In this document: piece after piece, positions 51,601 through 62,115 of the stretch
Position numbering within the stretch: position 1 is the first letter of the stretch
How the letters are laid out: each line of letters begins with the position of its first letter
Source: Eledone cirrhosa
Taxonomy: Eukaryota
Direction: 5' to 3'
Assembly (NCBI GenBank): GCA_964016885.1
Contig: OZ024741.1
Location: forward strand, 118,110,001 to 118,174,000
Length of the DNA stretch: 64,000 bases
Notes under the pieces: model-generated
Database searches by the model: none
Told to the model about the DNA's origin: nothing
The model's input: the letters and a program-made list of their open reading frames with translations, nothing else
Position numbers and translations under genes: made by a program

Positions 51601-52600
51601 AACGTAGTGTTTCGTCTTTTTCCCCAGAGCTTTCGTTCTGGCTTGCAAGTATTGAACAGAATGATTATGCGGCCCGCTCTCGTCATTCTTTCAGTTATCC
51701 GGCCCACTGTGAAAAAAGTTTGGTGACCCCTGCTCTAGATAAAGAAATCTCCCTCGAATCAAGAAGGCAAGTGATGAATTTAGAAAACTCGATGGACGTC
51801 GATAGAAAACAGCATGATATTTCCATTGAGACAAAGTTAAAAGTGTATAATGCTTGTTTTGTCCTCTTTGTTGTATGCATCTGAGGCGTGGGTCACTTAC
51901 CGAAGTCATCTCAAAAGGTTGGAGCATTTTCACCAACAGTGTCTTCCACGTATACAGGGTATCCACTGGGAAATGTACGTGAGTGACACTGAAGTCCTCG
52001 GACGCAGTCAGTCTACCAGTATAAAGTCTCTCATATTTCAGCATCGATTAAGATGGAGTGGTCATGTAGTGAGAATGGATGATGATCACATCCCTAGGCA
52101 GTCCCTGTATGGTGAGCTGGTCGAAGGTAAACGACCGGTGCACAAACCAAAATTGAACCACAGGGATTGAAGTAAAAGCACACCGTGGAAGATGAAAATA
52201 TCGGAGAATGATTGAGAGAATCTCTAGATCGACTTTCCTGGATGAAGCAGTGCATAATGGGATGGGAGAATTTGAAAGAAGCCGTGTTGAGCATGAACAG
52301 CCCCAGCGGTGTGCTCGTAAGGGCTATGAATTTGTTTTGCCTGAGTATCTTGACATGCAGGTTGATTTAACCTGTAAAGAATGTGGCCTGTTATATCTAA
52401 GTAAAGCATTGTATGACATTTCTGCTTGCGGAGAGTGTGGATAAGAGTGTGCCTCAGTTGGTGGATTGAAACGTCATTTGAAAGTGCACCGTAACACCCA
52501 TTGCGAAAGGACCCCATTGTTGCAACGTCAGTGCATGAGTGTGCAAGTCCCAGCAGGATTAAAAAGCTACGTGTGTACTGCTCATGCTTAAGTATCAAGC
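48665..52600 (+). pseudogene. Decayed RTE/BovB-like LINE (RT to C-terminal C2H2 fingers), split by a hAT insertion
   Basis: NYRGISIMS, FIDLTKAFDTVNR, NGVKQ, FLYADDC, FVYLGS | LLYASEAW, LRWSGHVVRM and C-x2-C-x12-H-x3-H near 52427-52489. Confidence 0.9.
49462..51732 (+). mobile_element. Full-length hAT transposon (Charlie/SPIN/GTF2IRD2-like), 2271 bp; transposase 49627-51430 disrupted
   Basis: Perfect 16-bp TIRs CAGGGGTCACCAAACT and perfect 8-bp TSD CTCTAGAT. Motifs SLALDESTD, VTVDGG, HYIIHQ, VRWLS, TYVCEQTFS. One stop (50065) and about two frameshifts. Confidence 0.97.
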
Positions 52601-52614
52601 GATAGTATTACTCG

Positions 52615-52840
<226 letters not shown>

Positions 52841-53381
52841 CATTTTTATGCATTTTCTCACGGTAATGCGGCCGTTTGTTTTACAATTTACTTTATTAAT
52901 ACCTAATGCCCACCCGAACATTTAATAAAGGCACGTGCCTGATCCTATATGTTATTATAATCATTTATGACGTGTGGTTTGTCTGCCAGTGTCACTGTAG
53001 GTGCTGATTAACTATAACCCGGACTTTGAATTCAATAGAGGGACTTTTCTTTCGCTTACACCGTTAATTTCCTATTATTGCCTTCACTACACTTATTTAG
53101 GAAAGAAAGAATAAATAGAATAAAAAGAAAGGAAAGTAAGGAAAACAATTACTGTGAATAGAGAAGGTTTTGACGTTTGCCTGTTGTTGACTTTACCTTG
53201 CTGACTGAACTTGAGGTTTGTATTTTATTTCTGTTAACACACTGTCTACTATTTTTACGATGACAACACGCTAGTCATAATTGAACATTTTTAATGAGAG
53301 AGAGAAAAAAAGGAGAAGGGTGGATTGAACCAAGTATATTAAAATAGAACGAAGGTGATAGGGTGTTAGTTATCTTACATG

Positions 53382-53565
53382 CACGGCTGGATTAAGTATT
53401 AAGCAAAATAACACATGCTTAGGACATTAACAGAAGAGGGGGGAGGCACCCTCTTATTCAAATTAAATATATTTATTTAAATTTTTTTCTCTTTTGTAGA
53501 CTATATATGGGGAGTACCATAATCTGTTAAGTGCTTAAGTCCTCAAAAGACTTCATCCAACCCTG
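53382..53565. mobile_element. hAT-type MITE
   Basis: CACGGCTGGATTAA / TTCATCCAACCCTG ends and 8-bp TSD CTTACATG/CCTACATG. A relative lies at about 48100-48236. Confidence 0.7.
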
Positions 53566-54889
53566 CCTACATGTATACGCTCTAATAATTTTCCACCTAA
53601 ATTAATGTATCATTTTCTTCCCCTAATTCTCTCTGCTCCCCTTTCTATTTGAAATTTCATTTATACTTTATGCTTTATTTTAATTTAATTACCACCTATA
53701 TCCTCATAAATATTTAAGATAATTATTATTATATAGAGGTAGGTGTTAGGCTGAAAGTATTTTCCGAGGAAGTCGAAGGAAACTAGAAGTAATATATCTC
53801 TTTTTATTCGTGTATCTTTCCCTTTCCATCATTCCTCCTCTCTTCATCTACCTGCCGCTTTCTCTTTCTCTTCTCCATTCGTCACTCCATCTACCTGTCT
53901 TTCTCCTTTCTCATTCTCTCACATGTCTCTTTCTCTGGCTGCCTGCCTCTTTCTCCCGTATCCCTAACTACCTGTCTCGTCTGCCACCGTCTATTTTTCC
54001 ACTTCCTATCACAATTAATTGACTTCGTATGTGTACCTATCTACAGCACTAATATAAGCTGTTCATATTTCTATCTCTCACATCAATACTTAATGTCTCA
54101 TTTTTTATTGTACTTTTTAATCTCATATTGATATATCTCCCTTCTAGCACCATTCTCTCTTCTGCTAACACACTCATAATACGCACACTTAGTGTCTATA
54201 TAATTTGTCATATATACATATATAATGTATGTATGTGTGTTGAATGTAAAAGTAAGCCAGTCTGTGTAAAATTCAATAATATAAGGAAAATCTGTAATTA
54301 AGAAAGTGATTTTATTTCTATGAAACTGTTCTTATGATTTTTTTTTGCTAATGAAAGACATTGCCCATGATTTTCAAATACTTTTGAAAATAATTAAGAA
54401 TTTGGAGGGATTTAGTAATATATATGAATTTCTGTTATAAAGCTGCCGTTTAGAGTATAGTTTAACAATGATGGAAGGGTTTTAGATAACTGAACATTTT
54501 AGAACAGTTTTGTATCGTGGTTAACATTTTTACATTTGTGAAAGGGAGAAATTATTCAGTGAAAAAATAAAACTGCATTACAATATTTAATTTCAATCTT
54601 TTATGTTCTAAGTTCAAATCAAACCGGAATTAATTTTGCCTTTCACATTTCCGAGTTCATTTGATTAACGTATCGATCGCGTGAGTATTGGGACCGATTC
54701 AATTGAAAATTAATGATAGATTGTGCTCGTGATTTAAACCGCAATGTGGGTTTAAGGTGATTACCATCAATTATTAGCGACAATAAAATTGCCTTTTTAG
54801 TCCCATGACATTCCTGATCGATCGAGCAGACCTTTAGATCGAAAGTACTCAAGGCAGAATCGTCAGAGAGTCGAACAAAAATGTATTGC

Positions 54890-55346
54890 CAAATTTAATC
54901 ACGTTGAGGTCAAATTATGCTTTTCATCCTCTGCGAATTGGTTAAATAAAGAACGAGTCACGTAGAGGGGTCGATGTAATGAACTTTCTCATCCCCATAA
55001 ATTGTTGGCCTAGTGTCTAAATTAGTAATCATTATTACATAACTTTGCGTAAGGGCGGTGGATTGGCAGTATCGGTAGAGGGTCGGACGTCATGCTTTGA
55101 CGCATAGAGTTACGGCCCTTGCCATTCTGAGTTCAAATCTCGCCGAGGTTAACTTTGCCTTTCATCCTTACGGGGTCGATAAAATAAAGTACCAGTAATA
55201 CACTGGGTAATTGCTGGCCTTGTGCCTAATGTAGAAATAATTATTACATAACTTTGCCTTTCATCCTTACGGGGTCGATAAAATAAAGTACCAGTAATGT
55301 ACTGAGTAATTGCTGGCCTTGTGCCAAAAGTAGAAACAATTATTAC
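54890..55346 (+). mobile_element. tRNA-derived SINE cluster, including a near-consensus copy at 55053-55247
   Basis: Family consensus followed by a duplicated 3' half. Confidence 0.85.
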
Positions 55347-55969
55347 ATGGGAATATACTTAGTATCAGGTCGAATATGACGCAATAGATTACAATAATTT
55401 ATTTAGCATAATGTTTTCGCAGATGAGAAAATATATATATGTGTATGCATGTATCGGCCCATACACACATTGTTAAGGCTCAAACCAGTATAGGTTTAAG
55501 CGACCTTCCATGAGGTCGCATCTCAGAGGAGGGTTCTCGGGTGTTAGAGGCCCCAATCCGAGCGTATCTATATTTTCCCATCAACAGGTGGCTGGATGGC
55601 ACGGATATTCCAAAGGATCCTGTCTGACACTCTAACGATTTGGCTAATTCATTGCTCTACACCGCTGTTTATCAATCCCCAAAAGATAACAACTAGAGAA
55701 CTACTATAATTATCTCAATACATTCTATCCAATATTCTAACAACTATGCCAATCAATCTAGCTTTTATATATATATATATATATATATAATGGTTTCTTA
55801 CGAATGAAACAGTTCTAGTCCTGTAGATGTCATTTCTATAATAATAATTGTTTCTAGTATAGGCACAAGGCCAGCAATTTAGGGGGAGGGGAAAGTCGAT
55901 TAAATCGATCCGGTGCACTACTGTTGCTTTATTTTATCGACCCCGTAAGGATGAAAGGAATAACAATAA

Positions 55970-56029
55970 TATATGTATGTGTGTGTGTATATATGTGTGT
56001 GGGTGTATATATATGTGGGTGTATTTATA

Positions 56030-56068
<39 letters not shown>

Positions 56069-56145
56069 ACATATATATATATGTGTGTATGTGTGTGTGT
56101 ATATATATATATATATATGTGTATATATATATATATGTGTGTGTG

Positions 56146-56194
<49 letters not shown>

Positions 56195-56385
56195 GTGTAT
56201 ATATGTGTGTGTGTGTGTATATATGTGTGTGTGTGTATATACACGCGTGTGTGTGTCTATATATATGTCTGTGTATATATTATATATGTGTGTCTGTGTA
56301 TATATATATATATGTCTGTGTGTGTGTGTATATTATATATATGTGTGTGTGTGTGTATATATTATATATATGTGTGTGTGTGTAT
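55970..56385. repeat. (TG)n/(TA)n compound microsatellite
   Basis: Seen directly. Confidence 0.98.
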
Positions 56386-57089
56386 TATTTAGGCATTTTC
56401 TATAACAAAAAAAAAAAGCTTGTAAGTTTTTCATAAAAATATATATAATTTTACATCCATTTCCGATACTGGCATTGGTTAGAAGGGTCATTACTGATCA
56501 GGTCAGTATCTAATCAGAGCTACTGCCCACCTAGATAGATCAAGAGACCACGTCTTGCTTCATACATTTCATTTTTTGCATGTTTTCTACAGTTGGATGC
56601 ACTTCTTAAAGCCAACCACTTTACAGTATATGCTGCGTTCATTTTATCATGTTACCAGCAATAAAAAGATGTCTGTCTTTCTGCCATTTGGTCTAACATT
56701 TTCAGCTGGATGCCCTTCCTAAAGCAAATCCTCTTATGGAGTGTACTGAATACATTTTATCATGATACCCACAGTAGGAGATTGTCATGTCCTCAACTTA
56801 ACTTAAAGAGACCTTTCTACCCTATGTAGTTTACCTTCAAATTGCCAGCCATGTTACTGAGTGTACGACGTCCCTTTTATCATACCAGCCCTCATTACAC
56901 AGTGCACCTGTTCTAAGGTCAGTATGACCAATAGTGAATATGGAGGGTGATGGTTATACGGGGACGTAAATGTGATCAAAGGTGGAGATGAGGGGATTGT
57001 GGTGGTTAAGGTGGGCATGGATGTAGGGTATATGGTAATGAGAAGTAGAGCAAGAGATTCTTTTATTTTATACTTTTTAATAAAATAAT

Positions 57090-58370
57090 AATTGCTTCTG
57101 ATTTAGGCACAAGGCCAACAATTTTAGGTGAGGGGAAAGTCAAATTGACCCCAGTGTGTTACTGGTACTTTATTTTATCAACCCCTTAAGGATGAAAGGT
57201 AAAGCTAACTCGGCAGGATTTGAAATCAATGTAAAGGGCCATAATTCTATGCCACAAAGCATGTTATCTGACGCTCTACCAATACTGCCAATCTACTGCC
57301 CTTGTAACTTAAAATAATTGTTTCTACTTTAGGCACAAGGCCAGCAATTACCCAGTGCATTACTGGTACTTTATTTTAGTGACCCCGTAAGGATGAAAGG
57401 CAAAGTCAACCTCAGTGGGATTTGAACTCAGGTCGTAAAGCGACGTAACTATGCTGGAAAGCATGGCATCCGACCCTCCACCGATACTGCCAATCCAAAA
57501 ATAATGGTTTCTGATTTAGGTACAAGGCCAACAATTTTGGAGGAGGGAAAAATCGATTAAATTGACCCTAGTACATTACTGGTACTTTATTTTATTGACC
57601 CCTTAAGGAGGAAACACAAAGTTAACTTTGGAAGGATTTGAACTCAGAAGGTATAGTGTTATAACTCTATGCCACAAAACGTCCGATGCCCTATCGATAC
57701 TGCCAATCCATTGCCTTTATAAACTTATAATAATGATTTCTAATTTAGGCATAAGGTCAGCAATTTGTTGAGAAGCAGTGCCAGATTTACCATTGTGCTT
57801 AGGTGTGCTTAAGCACTGGACCCTGTTGGCCAGGGGTGGGCTGCCAAAAAAATGTACCTCCTTCAGGGGCCACATAACCTAACAAGCACAGGGCCTCATT
57901 TGTCCTAAATCCGGCACTGTTGGGAAGGGAAAATTGATTATATCAACAGCACTACTTGGTTGGTACTACTGTTTATACTACATCCATTATTTAAAATTAC
58001 TTAACATTTTTGCATTATTTCATCAACTTCGGAAGGATAAAATGCAAAAGTTGATTGACCTCAGATGGATTTGAACTCAGAAAATAAAGAGCCAAAATAA
58101 ATAGTACTAATCATTTGTCTGCAATATAATGACTATGCCAATCCACTGCCCTCAAAATAAATTATAATAATGATTTCTGATATAGGCACAAGGCCAACAA
58201 TTTTGGGGGAGGAGAAAGTTGATTAAATCGACCCTAGTGTATTACTGGTGCTTTATTTTATCAACTCCATAAGGATGAAAGGCAAAGCTAACCTCGGTAG
58301 GATTTGAACACAGAACATAAAGGGCCGTAATTATATACCGTAAAGCATGTTATCAGACGCCCTACCGATT
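57090..58370 (-). mobile_element. Head-to-tail run of about five tRNA-derived SINE copies
   Basis: Repeated ttaggcacaaggcca...actggtactttatttt...ggatttgaac...atactgccaatc units. Confidence 0.9.
57776..57919. mobile_element. hAT-type MITE nested in a SINE
   Basis: TIRs CAGTGCCAGATTTA/TAAATCCGGCACTG and TSD TTGAGAAG/TTGGGAAG. Relatives at about 32331-32468 and 46912-47065. Confidence 0.85.
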
Positions 58371-58984
58371 ATAATGATAATTATAATAAAAGTAATGACA
58401 ATGTTGATAGTTTACCTGTTAAATAGATATAAGGAATAATAAATAGTCTTCCAGACTGTTCTTAGTCTGTGTGTTGTTTGCTACATTCTAGAATAATAGA
58501 GCCAAGCCTAGGTTATTATTTATTTATTCATTATTTTTTTGCTTTTAAAACTGTTTACATAATGTCACATTGTTCTTGGTTTTTAAATATTCCTCAGAGG
58601 GTAGAATTACATATCAGCTGTTATGGCTAGAGGTGCTGTTGTTATTGATGGTGGTGGAGTTGGTATTGCTGGTGGTGGTGTTATTCAGCTGACTACTCTA
58701 TAGTAACCTCCTCATCCTCCTTTTTCTTTTTCTTTTTAGTCTTCTTTTCCGTCTTCTTTTCTTTTTCACCCCCCTTATTCCTGAGAGGGTTGTGGGAGCA
58801 GAATCCTCAAACACTCCTTCCATTGGTTCCTGTTAAAGGCAACCAGCTCCAATTAATCCAGCTGGATCCTCAAGCAAGATCAGCTGAGCTCATAGATGCT
58901 ATCCAACCATCTTGTTATGGGGGTTCATATTTTCTGTAATCAACATACAGTGAAGGTTTCTAAATCTATCTTCAAAATGTTCAA

Positions 58985-59443
58985 TCGCGACTAAACCGGC
59001 AACCCCACTAAGTTTACTTGGTGAGGAGGGTGATTTTGGACACCCTGCAGGACAAAAAACAAAACCTGACAAAGGGCGGAAGAACTCATAAGAGTCAATG
59101 GCAATCCAAAAGTGTGTAAGTATGTATATACACATGTACCGGGCGGTTAAACCACTGGGAGTGAAGGACCCCTAGCCTTTGTCAGGGCATTCTAGGAGAA
59201 GGCAACTCAGGAAACTGGGATAACTCCGATATAAAACCTGCGACTCAGTAGTTACCGATGATGTTGATCTTTTCTTCTTTTCGGGTTATAGTGTCGCTCA
59301 GAGAGTGAGATTGGCTCAGTGCACAGTCTTTCCTTACTTTAAAAAATATCTTCATGCACAGGCATTGCACGATAGAATTAATTGATAATTATTAATAATG
59401 GTATATCGTGCAATGGCCATACTCGATAACGAAGGGGCAACCA
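58985..59443 (-). mobile_element. Diverged reverse copy of the 4217-4790 repeat
   Basis: Shared blocks such as tcaccctcctcaccaag, ccattgactctta and gtttagtcgc. Confidence 0.75.
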
Positions 59444-59446
59444 TCA

Positions 59447-59477
<31 letters not shown>

Positions 59478-59479
59478 AG

Positions 59480-60138
59480 ATCAACTCCCAGAACAACAGG
59501 TGGCTCGCTGTCTCCTCCAAAGACGTGCTCAGAGTCATGCAGACAAAGTTTCCAATGACAACATTGGTCTTAGGTCTCGTCAGCAGTCAAGGTGACGTCA
59601 TGCCACCTCACTTCTTCCCTGAAGGCCTCAAGTTGAACAGCGATGGCTACATCCGCATTCTGAGCGAGGTAGTAAAGCCCTGGATCAACCAGGTAGCTGC
59701 AGGTAGGCCATACGTGTGACAGCAAGACTCAGCGCCCTGCCATACCAGCCGAAAGACCCAAGCCTGGCTGTCAGAGAACTTCGTCGACCACACTTCACCT
59801 GACATCTGGCTTCCCAGCTCGCCTGACTGCAACCCCCTCGACTTCTTTGTGTGGGGCGCAGTGGAATGAAACACCTACAGATGTAGCTACAATACAAAAG
59901 ACGATCTGAAGGCCAGGATCACAAGTGCCTTGGGGCCTAAGTCGGGGGACAGTGACGAAGGCCTGTAGCCGGTTCCGAGGCCGTCATCAAAGCGAATGGC
60001 GGGTTTATCGAGTGAGATCGAAAGAACAAGTCATGAAGGCAAACTGACTCAAGTTTGATAAATATATCTTAAAAAATAAACTACTGTGTTATTTTTTCAT
60101 AGATAGTAATCTTGCGAATAAATATCGTCCGCACCCTG
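59480..60138 (+). mobile_element. Tc1/mariner-superfamily maT (DD37D) transposase fragment with right end
   Basis: QQDSAPCH...SSPDCNPLDFFVWG with 37 residues between the last two Asp. Internal stops. Ends ...CACCCTG. Confidence 0.88.
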
Positions 60139-60145
60139 GCTTAGA

Positions 60146-60480
60146 TGGAGGCACATGGCTTAGTGGTTAGAGCATTGGCCTTGCAATCGAAAGGTTGTGA
60201 GTTCAATTCTCAGACCGGGTGATGTGTTGTTTCCTTGAGCAAGACACTTTATTTCACATTGCTCCAGTTTACTCAGCTGTAGAAATGAGATGATAGGGAC
60301 TGAGGTCCTTATCATTCCACTGCAGAGTGGTCGTGGAGGTGCCACGGCAAAAAAGCACCCAGCACTCACTGTAAATGAGGTTGGTGTTAGGAAGGGCATC
60401 CAGCTGTAGAAATCAAGCCAAGATCAGTTCCCGTCCCACCCTTGCAAGCAGGGAAAAAGCGGACGTAAAATGAAATGATA
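60146..60480 (+). mobile_element. CORE-type tRNA SINE with an RTE-derived tail
   Basis: A/B-box-like head, ccttgagcaagacactt, then gttaggaagggcatcc...ggacgtaaaatga. Confidence 0.8.
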
Positions 60481-60490
60481 TATATATATA

Positions 60491-60985
60491 CCAATTTTAT
60501 AGTTCTGGTATGTCAAATTAATACATTTGAACAACAACTGTATCATAGACACCTTATATATTTCCGAGGGTACTTAGTACCTGTGAGGATATTGATCTCA
60601 TTTTATGTATATTCTCCCATGTGTAAAGAAAAAAATCCGTTGTTTAGCTAGCTATTTTTAGTGGTGTGGCAGACAACACGATTATGCTACTACTCCCGCT
60701 TCTACTAGCGACCAGTTCATGTGCAGGTCATGTTTACGGCCCCATTCGATCCTACACTAGCTGGCTGAAGGCAATATATTTGCCGGCTGTGGGACTTTAT
60801 GTCCTATGTAAGGGAAAATGCTTTCTGAAGAGCCGAACTTTCCATTGGAAGTCCCTTGGATTTCCAATCTTTTGTGAGGCGAAACCGTCGGTAAAAGCAA
60901 GATGGATAGGTAAATATTTAAATTATATTTTTTGAATTTATTTTGAAAGATTGTTTGAATTTTGCTTGTTCCGCTTATCTCAATT
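60491..60985 (+). mobile_element. Single monomer of the roughly 495-bp hammerhead-containing unit, in (TA)n
   Basis: Homologous to 41176-42937 but starting at a different register. Confidence 0.85.
60819..60899 (+). ncRNA. Canonical type I hammerhead ribozyme with a long stem II
   Basis: TGCTTT-CTGAAGA-GCC...(ATTGGAAGTCC ctt GGATTTCCAAT)...GGC-GAA-ACCGTCGGT-A-AAAGCA. Predicted GUA cleavage after 60893. Confidence 0.85.
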
Positions 60986-61053
60986 ATATATATATACATA
61001 TATATATATATATGTATATGCATGTGTGTGTATATATATATATATATATAAAT

Positions 61054-61330
61054 ATCAGTTCCCGTCTCACCCTTGCAAGCAGGGAAAAGCGGACGTAAAA
61101 TGATGATGATGATGATATATATATATATATATATAAATATATATCATCATCATCATTTTACGTCCGCTTTTCCCTGCTTGCAAGGGTGGGACAGGAACTG
61201 ATTCTGCCTGGATTTCTACAGCTGGATGCGCTTCCTAACACCAACCTCATTTACAGTGAGTGCTGGCTGCTATTTTGCCGTTGCACCTCCATGTCCACTT
61301 TGCAGTGGAATGATAGGGACCCCAGTCCTA
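61054..61330. repeat. Tail-to-tail SINE ends forming a palindrome (61054-61202) around (TA)n
   Basis: ccttgcaagcagggaaaagcggacgtaaaa(tga)n and its reverse complement. Confidence 0.85.
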
Positions 61331-62115
61331 TCATTTCTATACAGGTGATAAGCTTACATGCGTATGCAAACAACAAATCAATCAGTTATAATTAATTAAT
61401 GATTATTCACACAATATAGAAACCATCTGCATATTATCAGGATCATTAATAAGGATTGGATTCAACAAAAACACATATCAAGAACATTAGCATTAACAAG
61501 TGCTGAATATAGGCAAGCAATAAAGAAAGCAGGTGAAGCAGATGGATTTAATTTATAAACCTTGATTCTCTTCACTTTAAATATTCATGCTCTGCTACCC
61601 TCACTGTTCTCAACAGCAAGAATGTTAACCTTCAGAAGACTATTTCAATTGTTTTGTATACCTTATGTACCTTAAGCGTGCATTGAACTTTTCTCATCTT
61701 ACCAAAAGTAATAGTGGAATATTCCATTATAATCACATATATATATATATATATATATATATCATCATCATCATCATCATCAACGTTTAACGTCCGTGTT
61801 CCACGCTTGCATGGGTTTGGACGGGGGTAGTCCCACTTGAGGCAAGAGTGATTGTCTTGCTCGCATAGGACTGTCTGGCAGGTTTTCTACAGTTGGATGC
61901 CCTTCCTAACACCAACCACATTTACAGTGTGGGTCTGGGAGGTTTTTACCGTGTTGCCTACACGGCCACATTACAGCGTGGACTGTGTGTTTTTTTGTCG
62001 TGACACCTACACGATCTCATTTGTTTCGGCCTGGATGGCGCGGCACCAACATAACTTTACATAGAACGGGGTGGTGTGGATGGGGTGGGGTGGTGGCGGG
62101 ACGGGGTGTATTTTG

